This document shows, piece after piece, positions 20,591 to 29,724 of a stretch of 64,000 bases of DNA. The translations under genes were made by a program, and so were the position numbers. Location: positions 1 to 64,000 of the forward strand of contig JAWLBL010000025.1 of the NCBI GenBank assembly GCA_041687695.1, written 5' to 3'. Numbering within the stretch: the stretch's first letter is position 1; each line of letters starts with the position of its first letter. This DNA is from Myxococcota bacterium. GTDB taxonomy: Bacteria > Myxococcota_A > UBA9042 > PHBI01 > JAWLBL01. The notes beneath the pieces were generated by a model. It was not told the DNA's origin. It made no database searches and worked only from the letters and a program-made list of their open reading frames with translations.

Positions 20591-22468
20591 TCAGGCGCGG
20601 CCGAAGGCCTTCTCGAGGGCGCGGTGGATCTCCATGGCGCCGGAGAAGCGGTCCTCCTTCTTCTTGGCCATGCACCGATCGATGACGTCCTTGAAGCCGG
20701 GCGGCAGGGTCGGGTTGTACTGGCGCGGGTCGGGCGGCGGCGTCTCTTGCTGGTGGTAGAAGATGTTGCCGTCCTCGAAGGGGAAGTGGCCGGTCTCGAG
20801 CAGGAACAGCATGACGCCGAGCGCGTAGATGTCGGTGCGGTGGTCGATGCCGACGCCCATGATCTGCTCGGGCGACATGTAGACCGGCGTCCCGCTGATG
20901 ACCATCGTCTTGTCGGACGCGGTGAAGGCCTTGGCGAGGCCGAAGTCCATCAGCTTCACGTCGCGGCCCGCGGTGGTCAGCATGACGTTCTCGAGCTTGA
21001 TGTCCCGGTGGACGAAGCCCTTGTCGTGCGCGTACTGCATCGCGGCGCAGAGCTGCCCCGTGATGTGCAGCAGATCCCTGGGCGAGACCGGCAGGGCGCC
21101 GTCGACTTCGACGATGTCCGCCAGGTTCTGCCCGTCGACCAGCTCCATCGCGATGAAGGGCTGCCCGCTCATCTCACCCATGTCGTAGATGGTCACGATG
21201 TTCGGGTGGTTCAGCTGCGCCGCCGTCTGCGCCTCGCGCAGGAAGAACTTCTTGGCGAGGTCGTCGGCGACCGCGGTCTGCAAAATCATCTTGATGACCA
21301 GCTGGCGCCCCAGCATGCGGTCGTGCGCCTTGTAGATGACCCCGTTGCCGCCCTGGCCGATCTTGCCGACGAACTCGTAGCGGTCGTGACGCGGCACCCC
21401 CAGCGTGGTCGTCAGCTTGCGCAGGGCCCTAGTTGCCTCGTTCGCCTTGGGCGCCTCGGCGGCCACGGCCGGCGTCGCCAACCCCTCGAGCTCGCGCCGC
21501 TTGTCGTCCAGCTCGGGCGTCGACAGGCCCAGCTCGCTGACCCGCGACAGGCAGGCCAGCGCCTCGGTCTTCTTTCCATGCGCGAACAGGATCTCGGCCA
21601 TCTGCACCAGCCAGCGCCGGGTCGCATCGCCGATGTCCTGGCGCTCGACCGCCCACCGCACCAGCTTGTCGTAGGCGCGATAGGCCTCCTGCGGGCGCTT
21701 GTCCTTCAGCTCCAGCTCGGCCAACAGCTCAAGCGCGTCACGGTAGCCGCTCGACTCGGGACCGACCGCCCCCAGGGCCGCGCGCGCCTCGGCGCCCTTG
21801 CCCCACGCCAGGTAGACCCGCGCGATGGCCACGTGATCCCCCACGAGCTCGAGCTGCGCGACCGCCTTGGCCATGTCGCCCGCCCGAAACCAGGCCCGCG
21901 CCGCGTCCCGGTGCCGTCCCAGGCGCTGCAGCAGCTCGGCGCCGGCCGCGAAGTGCCCCTCGGTCACATACAGATCGGCCGCCTCCTCGAGCCGCCCCTG
22001 GGCCTCGAGCTGACGGCCGGTCGCGGCGCGCTCCTCGCCCTTCGCCGCCGCCGCCGCGTCGTGCCGCCCCGCCTTGGCGAAGGCCTCCGAGGCCTGCGCC
22101 ATCAGCCCGGCCTGCTTGAACACCAGGGCCGCCATCTCGTAGTCGGCCGCGCGCATGTACACCTGCGCCGCCGCCGGCAGGTCGTCCGCCCGCTCGTAGA
22201 GCTTGGCGGCGCGCTCGACGTTGCCGCGCTTCTCCTCGATCTCGGCGGCCTCGCGGTAGCGCCCGTTGTCGATGAGCCAGGGCACGGCGTTGCCGTATCG
22301 TCCCTGGGCCATCTCGCTGCGCAGCCGCGCCTCGAGCCGCCGCGCGCGCAGCCCCGCGCCGTTGCGGGCGTACCAGACGAAGCCGAGCACGCAGGACAAC
22401 GCCACCAAGACGCCGAGCGTCATGAGCGTCGTGCTGCCGACGAAGATCGGGACGGACAGGGAGGCCAA
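20591..22468 (-). CDS. Membrane-anchored Ser/Thr kinase with TPR/SNAP-like helical repeats (start TTG 22468 or ATG 22423)
   Basis: GQGGNG, HRDIKLEN, DFG, GTPVYMSPEQ, DIYALG; N-terminal TM; AAxLY repeats. Confidence 0.88.
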   Translation of the reverse strand: MASLSVPIFVGSTTLMTLGVLVALSCVLGFVWYARNGAGLRARRLEARLRSEMAQGRYGNAVPWLIDNGRYREAAEIEEKRGNVERAAKLYERADDLPAAAQVYMRAADYEMAALVFKQAGLMAQASEAFAKAGRHDAAAAAKGEERAATGRQLEAQGRLEEAADLYVTEGHFAAGAELLQRLGRHRDAARAWFRAGDMAKAVAQLELVGDHVAIARVYLAWGKGAEARAALGAVGPESSGYRDALELLAELELKDKRPQEAYRAYDKLVRWAVERQDIGDATRRWLVQMAEILFAHGKKTEALACLSRVSELGLSTPELDDKRRELEGLATPAVAAEAPKANEATRALRKLTTTLGVPRHDRYEFVGKIGQGGNGVIYKAHDRMLGRQLVIKMILQTAVADDLAKKFFLREAQTAAQLNHPNIVTIYDMGEMSGQPFIAMELVDGQNLADIVEVDGALPVSPRDLLHITGQLCAAMQYAHDKGFVHRDIKLENVMLTTAGRDVKLMDFGLAKAFTASDKTMVISGTPVYMSPEQIMGVGIDHRTDIYALGVMLFLLETGHFPFEDGNIFYHQQETPPPDPRQYNPTLPPGFKDVIDRCMAKKKEDRFSGAMEIHRALEKAFGRA

Positions 22469-22538
22469 GGCGGACCCATGGAGCCGTGCGCGCGCCGGGC
22501 TCCCGATCCCCCCGACCGGAGCGCGGCGCGTGTTCGGA

Positions 22539-23345
22539 CTAGTTATACAGGATCGACAGGATGCTGTCCTTGATCGGCCCCTGTCCATACCCCACGTCGA
22601 CGAAGTCGATGACCATGTCGTGGCAGGCGGGGTGGTCGAAGCCGTCGGGGCACTCCTTCTTCGCCTTGGTGCGCACGATGAGCGTCAGCGGCGTCGCGTT
22701 CTGCGAGAAGTAGGGCGCGAGGGTGTGGCCCGGGTCGCCGTACAGCGGGTAGTCGACCTCGAAGGTGTCCTTCCAAGCCTGCATGAAGCCGTCGGAGTAG
22801 GCCGTGCTCTCTGCGTCGCCGGTGTACAGGGTCTTACCCGGCGGCTGGCCCTCGAAGAGCGTGTAGATGACCTCGAAGCCGTCCTTGGCGTACAGGTCGT
22901 GGTAGCCGACCAGATCTTCGGCCTCCATCTGGCAGGGCCCGCACCAGCCGGCGCCCGAGACGATGACCAGCATCTTCACCTCGGGGCGGTTGTAAAACTC
23001 GGCCAGCTCGACCATGCGGCCCTCCCAGGGATCCCAGAAGGACAGGTTCGCGATGGTGTCGCCCTGCTTGGTGCCGTAGGGGCCCTCGGGGTAGGCCAGC
23101 GGGATCGGGCCCTCGTCGGGCGTCTCCGCGGAGTCGTCCTGGGGCTCGGCTTTGCCGTCGTCCTGCGGCTGGGCGGCGTCGGGCGTCGCGTCCTGGTCGC
23201 CGGTGTCGGCCTGGTCGGTGTCCGAGACCTGGCCGTCCGCGGTCTCGAGCGGGGTCGACCCGGCCGAGCCGTCACAGGCGGGCGTCGCGGCGAGCAGGCA
23301 GGACAGGAGGCCGGGGGCGATGAGGCGGGAAGCGAGCCGGCGCAT
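22539..23345 (-). CDS. Thioredoxin-fold lipoprotein (TlpA/AhpC-TSA-like)
   Basis: Lipobox TPAC; YPEGPYG; WCGPC; cis-Pro-like ATP. Confidence 0.82.
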   Translation of the reverse strand: MRRLASRLIAPGLLSCLLAATPACDGSAGSTPLETADGQVSDTDQADTGDQDATPDAAQPQDDGKAEPQDDSAETPDEGPIPLAYPEGPYGTKQGDTIANLSFWDPWEGRMVELAEFYNRPEVKMLVIVSGAGWCGPCQMEAEDLVGYHDLYAKDGFEVIYTLFEGQPPGKTLYTGDAESTAYSDGFMQAWKDTFEVDYPLYGDPGHTLAPYFSQNATPLTLIVRTKAKKECPDGFDHPACHDMVIDFVDVGYGQGPIKDSILSILYN

Positions 23346-23457
23346 GAGGCGTTACCCCTTGAGTTCGGGCGGTCGAGGAACCAGACTCATACGGGATCGG
23401 GTGCATGACTACAAGCCGCGAACCGGTTCGTGATCGCGGTCCCTCCCCGGGTGGCGG

Positions 23458-23763
23458 ATGCAGCGAAGCCTCGGAATCTGGGCCTTGAGCCTGCTGGTGA
23501 TGCTGCCCGTCGGGTGGCTCGTCGCGACGACCTCGCTCGAGGCCGGAGGACGCGGCGTCCTGCTGGCCGGCGGCGCGGTCGCGACGGCCGGGGCGGTCCT
23601 GCACTTCGCCTGGCAGTCCCACCTGGTCGGGCGCCTGCTGCCCAACCGCTGCAAGACCTGCGGCCACGGCATGAGCCGCACCCGCCCCGGCGAGCTGAGG
23701 CCGCCGGAGGGCGCCCCCGCGGCGCCGCGCTGGCGATGCCGTCACTGTGGACGTTTGGCCTGA
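23458..23763 (+). CDS. Small two-TM protein with C-terminal Zn ribbon
   Basis: Two hydrophobic helices, then CKTCG and CRHCG. Confidence 0.65.
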   Translation: MQRSLGIWALSLLVMLPVGWLVATTSLEAGGRGVLLAGGAVATAGAVLHFAWQSHLVGRLLPNRCKTCGHGMSRTRPGELRPPEGAPAAPRWRCRHCGRLA

Positions 23764-23822
23764 AGCAAGGTAGTCCCTCGGCGCCCGAACCGACTGCCAG
23801 CACCGTCTGGAGGAGGCGACCG

Positions 23823-26333
23823 ATGAAGACGGCCCCGTTCAGCGCGCCCGACGCCGCCCGGCTCGCGGCCTACCAGGTCATCCGCGACCACGTCGCCAAG
23901 GGCGCCCTGTCGATGATCGACGAGGCGAACCACAAGCCGGCCAGCCGCGGCAAGAAGCCCAAGGTCGGCGGGCACCAGGCGTCCAGCATGTCCGCGGTCG
24001 ATCTGCTGTGCGCGCTGTACCTGCACGTCAAGCGGCCCCAGGACCGGGTCGCCGTCAAGCCGCACGCGGCCCCGGTGGTCTACGCGCTGATGCACCTGCT
24101 CGGCGAGCTGCCGCGCGAGGCGATGGGCCAGCTGCGCGAGATGAAGGGCCCGCAGCCGTACCCGACCAAGCTCAAGAACCCGCGCTTCGTCGACTACACG
24201 ACGTCCAGCGAGGCCCTGGGCGTGTGCGCCGCCATCTACGACGCCTATGGCGCGGTGCACCAGAGCAGGGCGCTGGCGCAGCAGGTCGGAGCGCCGCCGC
24301 TGGACGCGCTGTACTACGCGCACTGCGGCGACGGCGAGCTGACCGAGGGGCAGATCGACGAGAGCCTGTACGACGCCGGGCGCTGGGGGCTCGACAACCT
24401 CATCTGGGTGGTCGACCTGAACCGGCAGAGCCTGGACCGGGTGATGGACGACTCGGGGCGGCTCGAGGCCTGGGTCGAGGCCAAGTTCCGCGGGCAGGGC
24501 TGGCGGACGCTGAGCCTGCGCTGGGGCGCGCGCGCCAGGGCGCTGTTCGCGCGGCCCGGCGGCGAGGCGCTCGAGCAGGCGCTGGATGCCATGGCCGACG
24601 CGCTGTACCACCCGCTGACCATCGTCGACGGGGCCACGGCGCGGGCGGCGCTGACCGGCGGGACCGAGCACGAGCGCGAGCCGGTGGCGCGGTGGCTCGT
24701 CGGGTACGCCGAGCGCTTCCGGCCGAGCGAGGCGCAGCGGGCGGGCATCGCCAAGGCGCTCGAGGGCGTGTCGGACGACGCGCTGGCCGCGGCGCTGCGG
24801 CACCTGGGCGGGCACGACCTGGCGGCGCTGGTCGACGCCTATCGCTGGGCGGCCGAGGTCGAGGGCGCGCCGGCGGTGGTCATCGCGCACACGGTCAAGG
24901 GCTACGAGACCTCGGCCTCGGGGCACCCCGAGAACCACGGAATGCTGCTGGAGCCGGACGAGGTGGCGGCCTGGGGACTGGATCGGGGGCTGCCGGCGGG
25001 CGAGCCGTACCCGGTGCCCGCGGCGGAGACGCCGGCGGCCCAGGTGCTGGCCGAGCTGCGCGAGCGGCACTTCCAGCGGGCGGACCACGGCTTCGCGCCG
25101 GCGCCGGTGGACGACGTGCGCGGCGTGCTGGCCGAGGTGAAGAGCCCCAAGCGGACGGTCGTGTCGTCGGGCGAGGCGTTCCAGAGCCTGAACCTGGCGC
25201 TGCTGAGGACCGAGCTGGGGCCCTATCTGCAGTTCGGGGCGCCGGACGTGGGCCAGACGACGCATCTGGGGCCCATCATCAAGGCGACCGGCGTCTTCGC
25301 GCCGCGCGCGCTGCCCGACGCCTTCAGCTGGCTGCGCGAGGAGCGGCTTTTGGCCTTCGACTGGCGGCCGACCGAGACGGGGCAGTTCCACGCGATGGGC
25401 ATCGCCGAGGGCAACGCCATGCTGTGGGCCTACGCCTTCGGGCGGCGGCGCAAGCGCGTCGAGGGCAAGGTGCCGATCCTCCCGGTGGTGACCGTCTACG
25501 ACAAGTTCTTCGAGCGCGGCTTCAACCAGATCGACTACGCGGCCTACAACGACGGGCGCTTCATCGCGGTCGGCACGCCCAGCGGCACCGGGCTGTCGCG
25601 CGAGACGGCGACCCACCAGAGCATCCAGACGCTGCGCATGATGATGGATCTGCCAGGGATCTGCTCGTACGAGCCGGCCTTCGCGGCGGATCTGCACGCC
25701 GTGTACCTGCACGCGCTGTCGCGGCTGTGGGACGAGGACGGCGAGGCCTTCTATCTGAGGTTGACCACGCAGCCCGTCGAGCAGCCCGCCGAGCTGCCCG
25801 ACGACCACGCCGCGCAGGCCGTCCGCGGCGGCTACTGGCTGGTGGGCGAGGACGACCGCGCGCCCGCGCCGGGGCGCCCGCGGGTGCTGTTCGTCGCCTC
25901 GGGACGCAAGCTGGCCGAGGTGCGCCGGGCGGCCGCGCGCCTGCACGCCGAGGAAGGCATCGGCAGCCGCATCCTGAACGTGACCAGCTACGAGATGCTG
26001 TGGCGCGACTGGGACGCCTTCGCCAGCGACCCGGACGCCTGGGAGGACCCGAGCCGCAGCTACGTGCTGCACGAGCTGTTCGCCGAAGAGGACGTCAACG
26101 CGCCGCTCATCCTGGTCGGCGACCACGTCCCCAGCGTCGCCGAGTGGCTGCCCGGGGCGCTGCAGCGGCTGCGCAGCTACCGCTTCCTGGGCCCGCGCGG
26201 CAACGGCGAGGCGGGCGACCTCGAGGCGGTCGACCGGCTGCACGGCATGTCGACCGACGACATCGTGGCGGCGGCGCGGCGCGAGGTGCGCTGGCGGGCG
26301 CGCGACGGCCTCATCATGGGGGTAGCGTCGTGA
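23823..26333 (+). CDS. AceE-like ThDP-dependent 2-oxoacid dehydrogenase E1 (transketolase-like)
   Basis: GGAGG RBS; KVGGHQAS, KPHAAP, GDGE...VDLNRQSLD, HTVKG, GIAEGN, GTPSG..L..E...HQS, YEPAF. Confidence 0.85.
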   Translation: MKTAPFSAPDAARLAAYQVIRDHVAKGALSMIDEANHKPASRGKKPKVGGHQASSMSAVDLLCALYLHVKRPQDRVAVKPHAAPVVYALMHLLGELPREAMGQLREMKGPQPYPTKLKNPRFVDYTTSSEALGVCAAIYDAYGAVHQSRALAQQVGAPPLDALYYAHCGDGELTEGQIDESLYDAGRWGLDNLIWVVDLNRQSLDRVMDDSGRLEAWVEAKFRGQGWRTLSLRWGARARALFARPGGEALEQALDAMADALYHPLTIVDGATARAALTGGTEHEREPVARWLVGYAERFRPSEAQRAGIAKALEGVSDDALAAALRHLGGHDLAALVDAYRWAAEVEGAPAVVIAHTVKGYETSASGHPENHGMLLEPDEVAAWGLDRGLPAGEPYPVPAAETPAAQVLAELRERHFQRADHGFAPAPVDDVRGVLAEVKSPKRTVVSSGEAFQSLNLALLRTELGPYLQFGAPDVGQTTHLGPIIKATGVFAPRALPDAFSWLREERLLAFDWRPTETGQFHAMGIAEGNAMLWAYAFGRRRKRVEGKVPILPVVTVYDKFFERGFNQIDYAAYNDGRFIAVGTPSGTGLSRETATHQSIQTLRMMMDLPGICSYEPAFAADLHAVYLHALSRLWDEDGEAFYLRLTTQPVEQPAELPDDHAAQAVRGGYWLVGEDDRAPAPGRPRVLFVASGRKLAEVRRAAARLHAEEGIGSRILNVTSYEMLWRDWDAFASDPDAWEDPSRSYVLHELFAEEDVNAPLILVGDHVPSVAEWLPGALQRLRSYRFLGPRGNGEAGDLEAVDRLHGMSTDDIVAAARREVRWRARDGLIMGVAS

Positions 26334-28258
26334 CGAACGTCCTGAGCGCCAAGGACGTCCGCAAGTCGTTCGGCCAGCGGGTCATCCTGGACGGGGTCAC
26401 GCTGGGCCTCGACGCCGGGGCCAAGCTGGGTCTCATCGGTCCCAACGGCGCCGGCAAGTCGACCTTCCTGAAGATCCTGGCCGGCCTCGAGAGCGCCGAC
26501 GGCGGCGCGGTGGCGGTGCGCGGCGACTGCGGCGTGGCCTACCTGCCGCAGGTGCCGACCTTCGCGGCCGGCGCGACGGTCCGAAGCGTCCTGTCCGAGC
26601 CGTTCGCCAAGCTGGTCGAGACCATCCGGGCGTACGAGCAGGCGGCCACGGCGATGGACGAGCGGGCCGACCGGCTGCTCGAGGACATCGAGCGGCTGGG
26701 CGGCTGGGACTGGGAGCACCGGCTGGCGCGGGCGGCGACCGAGGTGGGCCTCGAGGACCTGGACGCGCCGGTCGCGACCATGAGCGGCGGCCAGAAGAAG
26801 CGGGTCGCGCTGGCGCGGCTCATCCTCGAGGGCGCGGGGCTGGTGCTGCTGGACGAGCCGACCAACCACCTGGACGCCGACACGGTCGAGTGGCTCGAGG
26901 GGTGGCTGGCGGCGACGCCAGCGGCCTGCATCCTGGTCACCCACGACCGCTACTTCCTGGACACGGTCGTGACCCGGATGGCCGAGCTGCGCGACGGCGG
27001 CCTGAAGATCTACGAGGGGAGCTACACCGACTTCCTCGAGGCGCGGGCGGCCGAGGAGGAGCTACGCGAGCAGACGCGGCACCGGCGGGCGCAGATCTAC
27101 AAGGCCGAGCTCGAGTGGGCGCGGCGCTCGCCCAAGGCGCGGACCACGAAGTCGCGCTCGCGCCTGGACCGGGTGGACGCGCTGGCCGACGAGGTCAAGG
27201 GCCTCGAGCGCACCGACCGCACGGCGCGCATCCAGTTCGGTGACACGCAGCGGCTGGGCAAGACCATCCTCGAGCTGCGCGACGTCCACAAGGCCTTCGA
27301 CCCCGCGCGGCCGCTCATCGACGGGCTGGACCTGACCCTGACCAAGGGCGAGCGGGTCGGCATCGTCGGGCCGAACGGGACCGGCAAGACGACCCTGCTG
27401 CGCCTGGTGCGCGGCGAGCTGCAGCCCGACCGCGGGACGGTGCGCCTGGGCGACAACACGAAGATCGGCTACTTCGACCAGCACCGCTCGACCCTGGACC
27501 CGGCCAAGACGGTGCGCGAGACCGTGGCTCCCGACGGCAAGGACCACGTGTTCCCGGGCGGCGGCAAGCAGCAGCACGTCGCCAGCTGGCTGAGCCAGTT
27601 CGCCTTCCCGCCCGAGTCGCACGCGCTGCCGGTGGCGCAGCTGTCGGGCGGCGAGCGCAACCGCCTGGCGCTGGCGCGGTTCCTGCTGGACGACGCGAAC
27701 CTTCTGCTGCTGGACGAGCCCACCAACGATCTCGACATCCTGACGCTGAACGTCCTGGAAGAGGCGCTGCTGGGCTTCGAGGGGTGCGTGCTGGTCGTCA
27801 GCCACGACCGGTACTTCCTGGACAAGATCGCGACGGGGATCCTGGCCTTCGAGGCGGGGCACGGCAAGGACGGCCAGGTGACGCTGGTGCAGGGCGACTA
27901 CACGACCTACCGGCGGCTGCGGCTGAGCCAGCTCGAGGCCGACAAGGAGGCAGCGCAGCGGGCCCAGCGCGCGGCCGAGGCCCAGCAGAAGAAGGCGGCG
28001 GCCGAGGCGGCGAAGGCGCCGGCGGCGAAGAAGAAGCTGACCTATGGCGAGGAGAAGGAGCTGGCGGGCATCGAGCCGCGGATCGAGGCGGCGGACGCCG
28101 AGGTGGCGCGGCTCGAGGCGGCGGTGGCCGACCCTGCGGTGTGGGCGGACGGGCCGGCGCGCGGCACCGCGCTGCAGGCCGAGCTGGAGACCGCCAGGGC
28201 CGAGGCGGCGCGGCTGTACGCGCGCTGGGAGGAGCTGCTGACGCGCAGCGAGGGCTGA
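26330..28258 (+). CDS. ABC-F family ATPase (Uup-like)
   Basis: Two ABC cassettes (GPNGAGKS/SGGQ/LDEPTNHLD and GPNGTGKT/SGGE/LDEPTNDLD), no TM, C-terminal coiled coil; GTGA overlap. Confidence 0.93.
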   Translation: MTNVLSAKDVRKSFGQRVILDGVTLGLDAGAKLGLIGPNGAGKSTFLKILAGLESADGGAVAVRGDCGVAYLPQVPTFAAGATVRSVLSEPFAKLVETIRAYEQAATAMDERADRLLEDIERLGGWDWEHRLARAATEVGLEDLDAPVATMSGGQKKRVALARLILEGAGLVLLDEPTNHLDADTVEWLEGWLAATPAACILVTHDRYFLDTVVTRMAELRDGGLKIYEGSYTDFLEARAAEEELREQTRHRRAQIYKAELEWARRSPKARTTKSRSRLDRVDALADEVKGLERTDRTARIQFGDTQRLGKTILELRDVHKAFDPARPLIDGLDLTLTKGERVGIVGPNGTGKTTLLRLVRGELQPDRGTVRLGDNTKIGYFDQHRSTLDPAKTVRETVAPDGKDHVFPGGGKQQHVASWLSQFAFPPESHALPVAQLSGGERNRLALARFLLDDANLLLLDEPTNDLDILTLNVLEEALLGFEGCVLVVSHDRYFLDKIATGILAFEAGHGKDGQVTLVQGDYTTYRRLRLSQLEADKEAAQRAQRAAEAQQKKAAAEAAKAPAAKKKLTYGEEKELAGIEPRIEAADAEVARLEAAVADPAVWADGPARGTALQAELETARAEAARLYARWEELLTRSEG

Positions 28259-28393
28259 GCCGCGGGTCATGGGCCACGCGCGTGGCCGTGCGGACACGCG
28301 GTCGCCCTCGGAGGCCGAGCGTGGGCGCGGTCGGCGGCTTGGCACGGGGTTTGCTCTGGAGTTCGGGGAACCCTCGACCCGATGGAGCCCCCG

Positions 28394-29644
28394 ATGAAGC
28401 GCTCTCGCGCCGCCGCGCTGCTGTGCTCGTGTGTCCTCGTCGCCGCCTGCGACGCCGCCAGCTTCACCCCCGAGCCGGACGCGTTCGGTGACGCGCTCGG
28501 CCACGCGGACGCCGCGCCCGAGGTGGTGGTCCTGCCCAGCCGGGCGCGTGCCGCGGGCGTCGACGTTGCAGAGGCGCGGCGGGTGGAGCGCCTGCTGGCC
28601 GAGGAGACGGCGCGCGCGGCCGCCCTGCCGCCGGTCGCGACGGCCTGCGAGGACGGCTGGCGACTGCTGGCGTCGGGCGAACACCTGGCGCTGGCTTCGT
28701 CGCGCGAGGTGTGGGCGTCGGCGGACGGCGGGCGGACGTTCCAGCGGGTGATGGCCGCGCGGGCGTCGCTGGATGAGGTGACCCTGACGTCGACGGGTAC
28801 GGTCGTCGCGCGCGTCGACGGCCGCCATCGGGCGGTGCTGGCGGACGGCGAGGTGGTGGCCATCGGCGCGGCGCCGAGGGCGGCGACCGGGCGCGGGGCG
28901 AAGCTGCAGGCCGCGGGCGACTGGCTGGCGTGGACGCGGGCGGACGCCTCGGCGGTCTGGGCCAGCCGGGACTTCGGGGCGACCTGGACGCGACGGGCGT
29001 TGCCCGACATCGGCAGCGTCGGGGCGTCGGTGTCGCTCGGCGAGGACGGCGCGCTGGACGTCATCAGCGGCTACGAGGCGAGCTGCGGCGGGGGCGCGCA
29101 GTGGTGGTATCGGCTGCGGCTCGAGGACGGCGAGCGGCAGGACCTGCGTTGGCCGCTGGACACGCCCTGGTGGCGGACGACGGCGCGCGGGGTGGCGGTC
29201 GCGGGGTGCATCGTCGAGGACGGGGCGGGGGCGCACGTGGCGCCGTGCGTGGTGTCGGCGGGGGGCGCTGTGGCGCGGCTGGACGCGCCCGAGCTGACCG
29301 AGGACGACGTGGACGCGGTCGAGGTCCGGCCGGCGCTCGGGGCGGCGGTGGCGGGGCGGCTGGTGTTCGAGTGGGCCGGCGGGTCGGCCGAGGCGGTGGC
29401 CTACCTGCCCGAGGGCGGGCAGCTGGTCGGGCGGGGGGCCGACGGGCGGCTGCTGGCCAGCGATGGCGTGGCGCTGCTGGCCTTGGACGGCGGCGCGTGG
29501 CGCGAGGTGGCGCGGCTGCCGGAGGGGTGTCCGGCGGCGCAGGTCCAGGTGGCGATGGCCGGGCAGGGCGGGGTGGTCGCGGTGGCCGGGGCGCAGGCGT
29601 TTCGGTGGGACGGTGAGAGGTGGGAGCGCACGTTGCCGCGATGA
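28394..29644 (+). CDS. Hypothetical lipoprotein with Asp-box/BNR motifs
   Basis: Lipobox VAAC; SADGGRTF and SRDFGATW; GGAG RBS. Confidence 0.7.
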   Translation: MKRSRAAALLCSCVLVAACDAASFTPEPDAFGDALGHADAAPEVVVLPSRARAAGVDVAEARRVERLLAEETARAAALPPVATACEDGWRLLASGEHLALASSREVWASADGGRTFQRVMAARASLDEVTLTSTGTVVARVDGRHRAVLADGEVVAIGAAPRAATGRGAKLQAAGDWLAWTRADASAVWASRDFGATWTRRALPDIGSVGASVSLGEDGALDVISGYEASCGGGAQWWYRLRLEDGERQDLRWPLDTPWWRTTARGVAVAGCIVEDGAGAHVAPCVVSAGGAVARLDAPELTEDDVDAVEVRPALGAAVAGRLVFEWAGGSAEAVAYLPEGGQLVGRGADGRLLASDGVALLALDGGAWREVARLPEGCPAAQVQVAMAGQGGVVAVAGAQAFRWDGERWERTLPR

Positions 29645-29702
29645 CCGGTGGGAGCGCACGTTGCCGCGATGACCGGTGGGAGCGCACGCTGCCGCGGTGA
29701 AC
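29619..29702 (+). repeat. Three 28-bp tandem units spanning the stop codon
   Basis: GGTGGGAGCGCACGTTGCCGCGATGACC twice plus one variant. Confidence 0.9.
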
Positions 29703-29724
29703 GGCAGCGCGCGCGGCCGCGGGT

